Shown here piece by piece: positions 15,427-25,474 of a stretch of 64,000 nucleotides of DNA. The position numbers and the translations under genes are program-made. The stretch spans positions 470,966 through 534,965 of the forward strand of contig CAVQFA010000003.1 of assembly GCA_963711735.1 (NCBI GenBank), read 5' to 3'. Numbering within the stretch: the stretch's first letter is position 1; every line of letters begins with the position of its first letter. A model generated the notes under the pieces. It had not been told where the DNA came from. It made no database searches and was given only the letters and a program-made list of their open reading frames with translations. This stretch comes from Candidatus Gottesmanbacteria bacterium. Its GTDB lineage: Bacteria > Patescibacteriota > Microgenomatia > UBA10105 > UBA927.

Positions 15427-17742
15427 ATGTTCTGGGCAGACAGAATTGCAAAAGAAATCATTGGCAGCGGACTCTATCGTCCTTTTTGGGCGGATGATAT
15501 GTTCACCCCCTCAGGTTATGCACACATTGGTTCATTGCGTGGTCCCTTAGTCCATGACGTTATCTACCGTGCAATAACCGATGCAGGACAAAAAGCAGTG
15601 TCGACGTATGTTTTCAACGACTTTGATCCTGTGGACGGATTACCGTCTGAGCTTATGCATCTGTCCGATGAGCTTGGCAAACCGCTCCGCCTGGCGAAAT
15701 CTCCTGACGGCGGATACGCGAACTTCGCAGCGTACTTTGCACATGATTTTCAGACAGTGCTTCGGTCGCTCGGAGTCGGAGCGGAATTTCTCTCCAGCTG
15801 GGATATGTATCACGAAGGGAAATTTGACGGTGTTATCCGTACTGCCTTGGATCATGCACCCCTCATCCAGGACATCTATCAGCGTGTGAGCGGGAGCAAA
15901 AAACGCGAAAAAGGATGGCTTCCTCTTCAGGTTATCTGCGAGAAATGCGGGAAACTCGGAACAACGAGGGTGCATGATTGGGACGGGACGTTTGTTACAT
16001 ACACATGTGAAGAATCCATGGTTTCATGGGCAAAAGGATGTGGGTTTACCGGGAAAACCAGTCCGTTTACGGACCCGGATGATCCGAAACATCATCCCGG
16101 CAAGCTGCCGTGGAAAGTAGACTGGCCGGCACACTGGAGGGTCCTTGGCGTGACGATTGAAGGAGCAGGTAAAGACCATTCATCCGCGGGAGGTTCCCGG
16201 GATATCGCGAAGGTTCAGTGCAAAGAAGTCTTTGAAATACCGGAACCGTACAATCTGCCATACGAATTCTTTCTCATTGGAGGCAGGAAAATGTCCTCTT
16301 CTAAGGGGATCGGTCTCAAAGCTCGGGAGCTAACGGAAATCCTTCCGCCTCAATTAGGCAGATTTCTTTTCGTCCGCACGGATTACCACCAGGCAATAGA
16401 ATTTGATCCGGTCGGTACAACGGCAATTCCTGATTTGTTTGATGAGTACGACCGGTGTTTCACGGCATATGTAAACGGAGGCGATGAAAATCTGTCCCGT
16501 GCATTTGTATTATCACAAATCGGTAAAGTCCCGGAGAAATCTCCGGTTTTCATCCCGAGATTTCGCGACATTACCAATGTGCTTCAAACCCCTCACGCAG
16601 ATGCGGGTAAAATATTTACACAAAAAGCCGGACGGGTACTTACCGGACAGGAAGAAGAGATACTCAGGGAACGTATCTCATATGCACGTCTTTGGCTTTC
16701 TAAATTTGCACCTGAGGAAATGCTCACATCAATGACGAAAGAAATTCCCGATGATGTGAGAACTTTATCAGGGACACAGAGAGATTTTCTTACCCGTGTT
16801 GCCGATATGGTGAAGGATGCACAAAATCCTGAGAAACTACAGGAAGATTTATATGCACTCACGAAGGAAATGAAGATGAGCACAAAGGATGCTTTTTCTT
16901 CACTTTATATAGCGCTTATCGGGAGGAAGTACGGTCCCAAAGCAGCATGGTTTCTCCTCCAATATCCCAAAGATACCGTTGTGACACGCTTACGTGATGC
17001 AGCGAAACACCGGGAAGAAAAAGTTAAGCACGCTCCGGAGGATTTTGAAGTGATTGTTAAACCCGAATTTTTTACGATAGATCCTGCAGTGACGAAGTCG
17101 TACCCTACCGTTTCAATCGGAATTGCATTCATATCAAATGTCCACATAACTCTCAAAAATAATGAGCTGGAAAAGGAAAAAGCAAAAACTGTGGAACAAA
17201 TCCGCACCAATACTCTTGAAGAACTGGGAAGCTCTCCGGAGATAGTAAGCTACAGGAAGCTCTATAAACAAATGGGTATCGATTGGCATTCCCGGAGACC
17301 CTCTCCCGAGGCGCTTGTGCGGAGAATCATACAGGGCAAAGGACTCTATGAGGTAAACACGTGTGTGGATGCATATAATCTGTCAGTGGTGAAAAATCTG
17401 GTTTCCGTCGGTGCATTTGATGCGGACTCTATAAAGTTTCCGACCGTCTTGCGGTTTGCCAAAAGCGGTGATGAGATTCTTCTCCACGGCGACACCAAAC
17501 CGACAGCGTATACATCCGAAGAGCTGGCATACTATGATAAGTCCGGAGGATACAACATTGATTTTAACTACCGTGATGCCAAACGTACGCTCGTCACGGT
17601 TCATACGAAGAATATCTGGATAAACGTTGACGGTATATATGACATTTCAAAAGAGGCAGTATGGCATACGCTTCTCTCTGCTATAACGGGAATTATGAAA
17701 TACTGCGGCGGCACGCTTGAGTGGAAAGGGTTAGTGACATAA
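15427..17742 (+). CDS. lysK: class I lysyl-tRNA synthetase (archaeal-type LysRS) fused to a C-terminal B3/4 domain
   Basis: HIGH-type motif (YAHIGS) and KMSKS-type motif (KMSSSKG). The C-terminal roughly 210 aa (nt about 17100-17742) match the B3/4 domain (PSPEALVRRIIQG...VNTCVDAYNLSVV...GAFDADSI). Confidence 0.8.
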   Translation: MFWADRIAKEIIGSGLYRPFWADDMFTPSGYAHIGSLRGPLVHDVIYRAITDAGQKAVSTYVFNDFDPVDGLPSELMHLSDELGKPLRLAKSPDGGYANFAAYFAHDFQTVLRSLGVGAEFLSSWDMYHEGKFDGVIRTALDHAPLIQDIYQRVSGSKKREKGWLPLQVICEKCGKLGTTRVHDWDGTFVTYTCEESMVSWAKGCGFTGKTSPFTDPDDPKHHPGKLPWKVDWPAHWRVLGVTIEGAGKDHSSAGGSRDIAKVQCKEVFEIPEPYNLPYEFFLIGGRKMSSSKGIGLKARELTEILPPQLGRFLFVRTDYHQAIEFDPVGTTAIPDLFDEYDRCFTAYVNGGDENLSRAFVLSQIGKVPEKSPVFIPRFRDITNVLQTPHADAGKIFTQKAGRVLTGQEEEILRERISYARLWLSKFAPEEMLTSMTKEIPDDVRTLSGTQRDFLTRVADMVKDAQNPEKLQEDLYALTKEMKMSTKDAFSSLYIALIGRKYGPKAAWFLLQYPKDTVVTRLRDAAKHREEKVKHAPEDFEVIVKPEFFTIDPAVTKSYPTVSIGIAFISNVHITLKNNELEKEKAKTVEQIRTNTLEELGSSPEIVSYRKLYKQMGIDWHSRRPSPEALVRRIIQGKGLYEVNTCVDAYNLSVVKNLVSVGAFDADSIKFPTVLRFAKSGDEILLHGDTKPTAYTSEELAYYDKSGGYNIDFNYRDAKRTLVTVHTKNIWINVDGIYDISKEAVWHTLLSAITGIMKYCGGTLEWKGLVT

Positions 17743-17746
17743 AGAC

Positions 17747-18364
17747 ATGAAAAGGCTCCTCGTAGGTACCTCTAATCCCGGAAAGCTCTCAGAGTTTACA
17801 ACGTGCCTTTCAGACCTTCCTATTAAGATAATCAGCCTGACAGATATAAGATTACCGGGAGATGCTCCCGAGGATGCCCCTACTTTTTCCGGGAATGCAG
17901 AGAAAAAAGCAGTGTATTACCTCCGGAAGTCCGGCATCGCGACCCTTGCGGATGACGGGGGACTGGAAATTGATGCACTATCCGGCGAACCGGGGGTCAA
18001 ATCACACCGCTGGGTTGACGGCAGGAAAGAAAATACTGATGACGAACTTATCCGGTTCACGTTTGAAAAAATGAAAAATATTCCTTCGGAAAAAAGGGGA
18101 GCACAGCTTCACGTCGTTGTTTGCTTTGCGGATATTTCCGGTAATATATACAAAGAGGAATCCGTAGTCCGCGGAATCATCCCTTTCAAACCGTCAGGGA
18201 AAATTACCCCGGGTTTCCCGTACCGTTCGCTTCTCTATATTCCCCAAATCGGAAAATTTTACGACCACGATATCATGACAATGGAAGAAACAGAGCGTTT
18301 CAATCACAGAATGAAAGCTGTAGAAGCCCTGAAACCGCATATTAAACAATCCTTTGGAGTATAA
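17747..18364 (+). CDS. rdgB: non-canonical purine NTP pyrophosphatase (RdgB/HAM1 family)
   Basis: N-terminal TSNPGK motif and overall Ham1 similarity. Confidence 0.8.
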   Translation: MKRLLVGTSNPGKLSEFTTCLSDLPIKIISLTDIRLPGDAPEDAPTFSGNAEKKAVYYLRKSGIATLADDGGLEIDALSGEPGVKSHRWVDGRKENTDDELIRFTFEKMKNIPSEKRGAQLHVVVCFADISGNIYKEESVVRGIIPFKPSGKITPGFPYRSLLYIPQIGKFYDHDIMTMEETERFNHRMKAVEALKPHIKQSFGV

Positions 18365-18409
18365 TAATATAGGTATATACGCTAAAGAATACGATTTATA
18401 TCTTATAGT

Positions 18410-19660
18410 ATGTTAGACATTAAATTTATCCGTGAAAATCTTGAAATCTGCAAAAAAGCAGCCGTGGATAAAAACCGGAAAGTCGACTGGGACGCTCTTC
18501 TTTCATCAGATACGAAGAGGCGGTCTCTTATCTCCGAAATCGATGCACTCAGGAAGGACCGTAACGCAGTAAGCGCCCTTAGAACCGACCAGGCAAAAGT
18601 GAAAGGGAAAACGATCAAAGAAAAGATTCAGAAGCTCGAGGGCGAACTACGGAGCGTTGAGGAAGCATTCGGAGAGCTTATGGGCACGGTACCGAATGTT
18701 CCGGACCCCTCAGTTCCCATAGGGAAAGATGCAGCGGGAAATAAGGAACTCCGGAAATGGGGTGACGTTCCGAAGTTTTCTCTTACACCCAAAGATCATA
18801 TCGAACTGGCGAAAAATCTGGATCTTATTGATTTTACGCGCGGTGCGAAAGTCGGCGGATTCCGGGCATATTTCCTGAAAAACGAAGCAGCGCTTCTGGA
18901 ATGGGCCATCATGTTATACGCATTCCGTAAGCTGATCGATAAAGGTTTTACACCCATGACTGCTCCCTCACTCGTGAAAGATTTTACGCTCTTTGGTAAC
19001 GGACAGTTCCCGTGGGGTAAAGATGAGGTTTATCATGTCGAAAAAGATGACATGTACCTTGCAGGTACTGCAGAAGTCCCCGTGACGGCATACTTTGCTG
19101 ACGAAATACTGAGTGAGTCTGAATTGCCGAAAAAGTTCGTTGCGTATTCACCGTGTTTCCGGCGGGAGGCAGGCAGTTACGGGAAAGATACCAAAGGGGT
19201 TTACCGAGTACACCAATTCAATAAAATTGAACAAGTAATTATCTCAACTGCAGAAATGAACACTTCCATTACTCTTCATGAGGAATTACTCACAAATGCA
19301 GAAGAAATTTTACAGGATTTGAAACTTCCGTACCGTGTCATGTTTATGTGTACCGGTGACATGGGTGAGCCGCAGGTGAAAAAATATGACATAGAAACAT
19401 GGATGCCCGGAAGGGGTGAATACGGAGAAACTATGTCAGATTCGTTCATGGGTGACTTTCAGGCACGGAGATTAAAAATCCGCTACAGAGGGAAAAACGG
19501 CGAGGTAAAATTTGCCCACACACTGAATAATACCGCGCTGGCATCACCCCGCATTCTTATTGCAATTATGGAAAATTACCAACAGGCTGACGGATCCATT
19601 AAGGTTCCCGATGTGCTGGTACCTCTTGTCGGAAAGGGGTTGATACAACGGAAAAAGTAA
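18410..19660 (+). CDS. serS: seryl-tRNA synthetase
   Basis: N-terminal coiled-coil arm and class II motifs. Typical SerRS length of 416 aa. Confidence 0.9.
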   Translation: MLDIKFIRENLEICKKAAVDKNRKVDWDALLSSDTKRRSLISEIDALRKDRNAVSALRTDQAKVKGKTIKEKIQKLEGELRSVEEAFGELMGTVPNVPDPSVPIGKDAAGNKELRKWGDVPKFSLTPKDHIELAKNLDLIDFTRGAKVGGFRAYFLKNEAALLEWAIMLYAFRKLIDKGFTPMTAPSLVKDFTLFGNGQFPWGKDEVYHVEKDDMYLAGTAEVPVTAYFADEILSESELPKKFVAYSPCFRREAGSYGKDTKGVYRVHQFNKIEQVIISTAEMNTSITLHEELLTNAEEILQDLKLPYRVMFMCTGDMGEPQVKKYDIETWMPGRGEYGETMSDSFMGDFQARRLKIRYRGKNGEVKFAHTLNNTALASPRILIAIMENYQQADGSIKVPDVLVPLVGKGLIQRKK

Positions 19661-19686
19661 GTCCGTTTGTCAGAATCCTTTCGTTT

Positions 19687-20328
19687 TTGTATCCCCTCAC
19701 AGTTTTCCGTGCAGATACGAAGCATAATACCGGAATCCGCGTGGTTCTTTCCGGGAATACTCCTGAGCTTATTATCAACAAAGCGCTGCAGTCCGGAGCG
19801 AAACTCCGGTTTATTTGGCAGAAAGTATTCGATTTCTTTGGGATTACTAAACCTCACACTGAAAGGACGCGGGTATTGGTATTGGGTATCGGAGGAGGGG
19901 ATGTCATTACACTTATGCAAAAGCGGTTTCCCAACGCTGATATTGATGCAGTTGACATCGATGAAACGGTCATTACCATTGCCCGGGTATATTTCGGAAT
20001 ACATCCGACAAAACATCTCAAAATAGTAAACACAGACGCTATTATGTACGCATGTAAATCCGGTACAGCCAAAGACAGGTATGAAGTCATTGTCTCGGAT
20101 TTGTATAAAGGATTCGAAATTCCGGAAATGCTCAAAAGCAAACAGTTTCTCATGGGTCTTGGGCATCTTCTTTCCCCGAAAGGATCTCTTATTATCAATT
20201 TTTCTCCTCACACGGATTTCTCCGGAGAGGTACGCACGATGCGCGTACTGCTTCAAAGCGTGTTTAAAGACACAGATGAATATTCATATGATACGTATAT
20301 GTTTTTTAAAGCGTCCAATCCGCGTTAA
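19687..20328 (+). CDS. spermidine synthase-like class I SAM-dependent methyltransferase/aminopropyltransferase fold protein
   Basis: VLVLGIGGGDVITLMQKRFPNADIDAVDIDETVITIARVYFG matches the spermidine-synthase GxGxG...DxDxxV core. An antisense 226-aa ORF here was rejected. Confidence 0.6.
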   Translation: MYPLTVFRADTKHNTGIRVVLSGNTPELIINKALQSGAKLRFIWQKVFDFFGITKPHTERTRVLVLGIGGGDVITLMQKRFPNADIDAVDIDETVITIARVYFGIHPTKHLKIVNTDAIMYACKSGTAKDRYEVIVSDLYKGFEIPEMLKSKQFLMGLGHLLSPKGSLIINFSPHTDFSGEVRTMRVLLQSVFKDTDEYSYDTYMFFKASNPR

Positions 20329-20483
20329 TTTTCCTTCTTGACAAACACGCTCATTTTTCAGACTCTCATATATAGGGAAGAAATATATTTCTTTATATCC
20401 CGATACTGATCATACCGGGATGCCTGCCCAAATCCTCAATTGAAGTACCGCAATTGAGGGTTTTTTGTGGTATCATTAACGTC

Positions 20484-23237
20484 ATGCTGAAGTTTCTGTC
20501 GAAGTTGCTTGATACCAACCGCAAAGAAATTAAAGATCTGGGCGTCATAGTCGCACAAATCAACTCACTCGAAGAGAAAATCTCAAGGTATAAAGAAGCT
20601 GATTTTGCCAAAGCAACGCTGTCTTTTCGTGAGCGTTTACAAAGCGGCGAAACACTCGATGACATTCTTCCCGAAGCGTATGCACTTGTGCGTGAAGCGT
20701 CCGTTCGCAGTATCTCCCAGCGTCATTATGATGTGCAGCTTATGGCTGCAATTACGCTCCACAGGGGGAAAATTGCCGAGCAAAAAACCGGCGAAGGAAA
20801 AACATTATCAGCGATCCCCGCATTATACTTAAATGCCTTATCCGGGAGGGGTGCGCACCTCGTCACCGTCAATGATTACCTGGCACGTCGTGACGCAGGA
20901 TGGATGGGTAAAGTGCTTAAACTTCTCGGGCTTAGCGTGAGCGCCATGATTTCTGACCAGTCTTTTATTTATGATCCTGAGTATACGGATAATGCAATGG
21001 ATGACTGGAGGTTGCAGCATTTAAGGCCCATCACGCGCAAAGAGGCATACCTTACGGATATAACCTACGGGATAAACAGTGAATTCGGATTTGATTACCT
21101 TCGCGACAATATGGTGTCGGACATGTCCCAAATCGTTCAGCGTGCGTACCACTTTGCCGTTATTGACGAAGTGGATTCTATTTTAATAGATGAAGCACGC
21201 ACCCCGCACATCATTTCCGCCCCTGACACGGAAGCAACGCACAAATACTATGATTATGCCAAAATTGTGGATAAACTCACTTCCAAACTGGATTATGAAA
21301 TAGATGAGAAGCTGCATACCGCGCATCTGACCGATCACGGCCTTCTGAAAATTGAGAAGATGCTCGGTGTCGGCAATATTTACGAAAATGATTTTGATAC
21401 CGTGCACCACATAGAAGCCGCATTGAAGGCAAGAACTCTGTTTATCAAGGACAAAGAATATATCGTCAAAGACGGGCAGGTCGTTATCGTTGATGAATTT
21501 ACCGGAAGATTGTTAACCGGAAGGAGATTCAGCGAGGGCATCCATCAGGCTATAGAGGCAAAAGAAGGGGTAGCGATTCAGCAGGAAAGCAAAACGCTTG
21601 CCACGGTATCGCTTCAGAATTACTTCCGTATGTACGAGAAGCTTGCAGGTATGACGGGAACGGCTGCAACAGAAGCAGAGGAGTTTAAAAAAATATACAA
21701 CCTTGATGTTGTGGTAATCCCGACAAACAAAACGATGATCCGTACGGATTATGCCGACAGCGTTTACAAAACCCCGAGAGCGAAATATTCAGCCATCGTA
21801 GAGGATATCACTGACTGTTATAAACGCGGTCAACCGGTGTTGGTAGGAACCACGTCGATAGACAAAAACGAAATTATCAGTGAGTTTCTCAAACGGAAAG
21901 GAGTTCCGCACCAGGTCCTCAACGCCAAAAACCATCTGAAAGAGGCAGCAATCATCGCCGGGGCCGGGAATAAAGGATCAGTAACGGTTGCAACAAATAT
22001 GGCGGGACGCGGTGTTGATATTATTTTAGGTGGTCCGAGGCTTGAGAAATGGGAAGTGAAAAATGAAACTGAATGGAAAAAACATGAAAAAGAATGGCAG
22101 AAATTGCACGATGAGGTCTTAGCTTCAGGTGGATTGCATGTCATCGGGACAGAACGGCATGAATCCCGAAGAATTGATAACCAGCTTCGGGGCAGATCCG
22201 GCCGTCAGGGGGATGCAGGGTCCAGCCGGTTCTATGTATCGCTTGAGGATGACATCATGAGGCTTTTCGGCGGGGATCAGGTAGCAAAACTAATGACGAT
22301 CTTTAAGCTTCCCGAGGACGTACCATTAGAGCATCCGATGGTATCACGTTCCATCGAACAGGCACAGGTGAAAGTGGAGGGATTTCACTTTGATTCCAGA
22401 AAAAATCTGGTGGAATATGATGACGTTTTAAATAAACACAGGGAGATTATATACGGCACACGGAGAAAGGTGCTTGAAGGGGAAAGCCAGAAAGATACCA
22501 TACTTGAAAATATTTCCAAAGACATAAGCCATACGGTAGGATTTTATTCAGGAGGTCAGGGTGTTGAAATAGACAGAGAGAAAATATTATCGGAATTTCT
22601 TTCCATCATACCTTTTGAGGAAAATTCCCGCAGTCAGATACTGGCACAGCTTAAGGATCTGAAAACTCCGGAAGAGATAACGGATTTTTTAACGGCTATT
22701 GCCCGTGATCTGTATGAAAACAGGGAAAAACAGGTAACACCGGAAATCATGCGCCAGGTTGAACGGTGGGTATCATTAGGTATTATTGATAATCTATGGA
22801 TGGAGCATCTGGATGCAATTGATGATCTTCGGGAGGGTATAGGACTCCGGGGGTACGGCCAGCGTGACCCGCTTGTCGAATATAAAAACGAGGCATTTTC
22901 CATGTTTGAAAGGTTGATGGGAGCAATCGACAGTGAGATTATTCACAGAATTTATAAAGTGCAGATTGCACAACAACCGCAGCAAGTCGTACGTTCCGGA
23001 ATTAAGGCAGAGGATAAAAAGAAACCAAGTCAGCAACCTGATGATCCCGGTGTGCATGGTCAGGGTGAAATAATTCCTTCGGAAACAAAAATTACCAAAG
23101 AGGCGAAACGCGCAAGAACCAATGAGGCAACTGTCGCTGCACAGCCAAAAACACAAAAGCAAATCGGCCGCAACGATCCGTGTTGGTGCGGGAGCGGGAA
23201 AAAGTGGAAGAAATGCCATTATCCCCAAGTAGGGTAA
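20484..23237 (+). CDS. secA: preprotein translocase ATPase SecA
   Basis: MLKFLSKLL start and full SecA-length similarity. C-terminal zinc-finger CWCGSGKKWKKCH. The ORF is open from a TTG at 20454, but the ATG at 20484 matches SecA N-termini. Confidence 0.9.
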   Translation: MLKFLSKLLDTNRKEIKDLGVIVAQINSLEEKISRYKEADFAKATLSFRERLQSGETLDDILPEAYALVREASVRSISQRHYDVQLMAAITLHRGKIAEQKTGEGKTLSAIPALYLNALSGRGAHLVTVNDYLARRDAGWMGKVLKLLGLSVSAMISDQSFIYDPEYTDNAMDDWRLQHLRPITRKEAYLTDITYGINSEFGFDYLRDNMVSDMSQIVQRAYHFAVIDEVDSILIDEARTPHIISAPDTEATHKYYDYAKIVDKLTSKLDYEIDEKLHTAHLTDHGLLKIEKMLGVGNIYENDFDTVHHIEAALKARTLFIKDKEYIVKDGQVVIVDEFTGRLLTGRRFSEGIHQAIEAKEGVAIQQESKTLATVSLQNYFRMYEKLAGMTGTAATEAEEFKKIYNLDVVVIPTNKTMIRTDYADSVYKTPRAKYSAIVEDITDCYKRGQPVLVGTTSIDKNEIISEFLKRKGVPHQVLNAKNHLKEAAIIAGAGNKGSVTVATNMAGRGVDIILGGPRLEKWEVKNETEWKKHEKEWQKLHDEVLASGGLHVIGTERHESRRIDNQLRGRSGRQGDAGSSRFYVSLEDDIMRLFGGDQVAKLMTIFKLPEDVPLEHPMVSRSIEQAQVKVEGFHFDSRKNLVEYDDVLNKHREIIYGTRRKVLEGESQKDTILENISKDISHTVGFYSGGQGVEIDREKILSEFLSIIPFEENSRSQILAQLKDLKTPEEITDFLTAIARDLYENREKQVTPEIMRQVERWVSLGIIDNLWMEHLDAIDDLREGIGLRGYGQRDPLVEYKNEAFSMFERLMGAIDSEIIHRIYKVQIAQQPQQVVRSGIKAEDKKKPSQQPDDPGVHGQGEIIPSETKITKEAKRARTNEATVAAQPKTQKQIGRNDPCWCGSGKKWKKCHYPQVG

Positions 23238-23323
23238 GCATAAGTTAAAAATCTGGATATATATTTATTTTCACATATTGATTAACATCCAATTAACCCA
23301 CTATTATTATCCTGAAAATAACT

Positions 23324-23911
23324 ATGGATTATTTGGATATTGATTTTTATTCTTTACACAGACAGTTGCCTCTTACGTTTATAAGTTCAGACAAGCAGAT
23401 CGCCACATTCACGATTCTCGGTGACGTTGAATTTACCCAGTTAGCCGGTATGTTATTGGAGGATAAGCTTAAAGAGAAAAAGATAACACCGGATTGTTTT
23501 GTCGGCCCCGGAACAAATATTCTCTGTTTTGTTCATCATATGGCAGTGCGGTACGGACATAAGCGGTACGTGATTCTCAGAAAATCAATCAGAAACTATA
23601 TGACATCTCCTGAAGTCCAGCTTCCGTGGCGCAATGCTCCAAAACATGCCCGGAAACTCGTCATGAACGGATCAGACTGTACGTATCTGAAAGGAAAGAG
23701 CGTTGTACTTATTGATGACGTCATATCAACAGGAACTACCATCGACATGCTTGAAAAACTTATGGAGAAAATCGGTGCTCAGGTACTGGCTAAATGTGCA
23801 ATATTCAAGCAAAGTGACCGTTACAAAGGACCGCTCATTCATCTTTCGACACTGCCTATATTTGTAACTACCTCAGAAGGCAAAAAAGAACTCTTGACGC
23901 AGGAGTATTAA
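23324..23911 (+). CDS. phosphoribosyltransferase-domain protein (type I PRTase, PRPP-binding VVLIDDVISTGTT)
   Basis: PRPP-binding motif. Specificity (purine salvage or other) not assignable. Confidence 0.6.
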   Translation: MDYLDIDFYSLHRQLPLTFISSDKQIATFTILGDVEFTQLAGMLLEDKLKEKKITPDCFVGPGTNILCFVHHMAVRYGHKRYVILRKSIRNYMTSPEVQLPWRNAPKHARKLVMNGSDCTYLKGKSVVLIDDVISTGTTIDMLEKLMEKIGAQVLAKCAIFKQSDRYKGPLIHLSTLPIFVTTSEGKKELLTQEY

Positions 23912-24032
23912 TAGTATACGGTGAAATTACTAGCGCAATAGTCTGACATTGCCGCAGACACGCATACTACCCGAAGGCAAATACATATGTTGATACGTAT
24001 TAACCGTAATTCGACATAGTTTTTCTTTTTTT

Positions 24033-24066
24033 ACCCCCGATTTTTTACGGGGGTTTTCATTTTTTA
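24033..24066 (+). terminator. Intrinsic terminator or attenuator hairpin (ACCCCCG-attttta-CGGGGGT plus T-tract) ending 1-2 nt before the purF ATG
   Basis: 7-bp GC stem followed by TTTCATTTTTTAT. No SD between the hairpin and the purF start. Confidence 0.55.
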
Positions 24067-24067
24067 T

Positions 24068-25474
24068 ATGAGTTGTGAACAATTTGGTGAGAAATGCGGT
24101 GTATTCGGTGTTTATTCACCTCATTCAAGTGCAGCCCGTTTGGTACATCCCGGAATATTTGCTCTTCAGCACCGTGGGCAGGAAAGTACGGGAATAGGAA
24201 CGTCAAACGGACAGGATTTATTCCTGCACAGAGGAATGGGTTTAGTCACGCACGTATATTCGGAACCGGTTATAGATGCCCTTCCGGGGTTTATCGGAAT
24301 TGGCCATAACAGATATTCCACATCGCAGGGTTCGACTTTGGAGCATTCGCAGCCGATTATGCGAAGTGACGGCATAGTTGCACTTGCTCATAACGGTAAT
24401 TTACCAAGTACGGTAATCTTAGAAAATTTTCTGAAGGAAAAAGGATTTCCAACTCAAAAAAGCAACGATTCCGAAATGATGACGGATGTCATCGGATACC
24501 ACCTGAGGAGAGGAGCATCCCTGGAGCAGGCAATAACGGATTCTTATCCTTTATTTACAGGAGCTTTTTCGTTGGTAGTTATGACCAAAGATAAAATTGC
24601 CGCAGTAAGGGATCCTAAAGGTATCCGTCCTTTAGTGTACGGAAAATTAAACGGAACTGGATATGTGTTTGCATCAGAAACCTGTGCTCTTGACGCCGTA
24701 CGCGCAGAGTGTATCGGGGATGTTCTGCCCGGAGAAATGATTGTAATAGACGATTCAGGAGAACACCATTATCAAATAGATCCCGGAGAACAGAAGCTCG
24801 ACATATTTGAATTAGTATATTTTGCCCGTCCTGACAGTGAAATCATGGGTATGAGCGTATATGTGATCAGAGAAAATTTTGGTAAAATTCTCGCGTCTGA
24901 ATCTCCGGTTGCCGCAGATATTGTCATTCCGGTTCCCGATTCAGCAATCCCGGCAGCTATAGGTTTTTCTGAAGCGTCGAAAATCCCATATGAGGAAGCG
25001 ATAATAAAAAACCGCTATATTCATCGCACATTTATCCAGCCGCATGAGCGTTTGCGTTCTCACGACGTGGAAGTGAAGCTCAATCCTATACGGGCGGTTA
25101 TAAAAAATAAGCCGGTTGTACTTATTGATGATTCAATTGTCCGCGGAACAACCATGGGTCCGATTGTCGCAATGCTCCGGCGCGCCGGAGCATCGGAAGT
25201 TCACGTAAGAATTAGCTCTCCTCCGGTCTTATACCCCGATTTTTACGGAATAGATACACCCAATCAAAGTAAGCTCATTGCCGCCCGACTGAGTATTCCG
25301 GACATTTGTCAGCAAATCGGTGCTGATTCGCTGGCGTATTTATCCTACAGGGGAATGATACAGGCAACCGGACTACCGGAGGAAGTATTTTCATCATCCT
25401 GTTTCACGGGCATATATCCTATAGATATCAGAGAAAGAGAAGGAGAAATTATCAGATTTTCAAAGACTGTATGA
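24068..25474 (+). CDS. purF: amidophosphoribosyltransferase
   Basis: N-terminal Cys nucleophile (KCGVFG), glutaminase domain and C-terminal PRTase domain. Confidence 0.9.
   Translation: MSCEQFGEKCGVFGVYSPHSSAARLVHPGIFALQHRGQESTGIGTSNGQDLFLHRGMGLVTHVYSEPVIDALPGFIGIGHNRYSTSQGSTLEHSQPIMRSDGIVALAHNGNLPSTVILENFLKEKGFPTQKSNDSEMMTDVIGYHLRRGASLEQAITDSYPLFTGAFSLVVMTKDKIAAVRDPKGIRPLVYGKLNGTGYVFASETCALDAVRAECIGDVLPGEMIVIDDSGEHHYQIDPGEQKLDIFELVYFARPDSEIMGMSVYVIRENFGKILASESPVAADIVIPVPDSAIPAAIGFSEASKIPYEEAIIKNRYIHRTFIQPHERLRSHDVEVKLNPIRAVIKNKPVVLIDDSIVRGTTMGPIVAMLRRAGASEVHVRISSPPVLYPDFYGIDTPNQSKLIAARLSIPDICQQIGADSLAYLSYRGMIQATGLPEEVFSSSCFTGIYPIDIREREGEIIRFSKTV

Noticed and set aside
19576-20256. 226-aa minus-strand ORF overlapping the spermidine-synthase-like gene and the end of serS
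   Set aside because: It is antisense to a plus-strand ORF with a clear GxGGG...DxDE SAM/aminopropyltransferase motif and lies in a co-directional operon. It has no motif of its own, so it is a shadow ORF.
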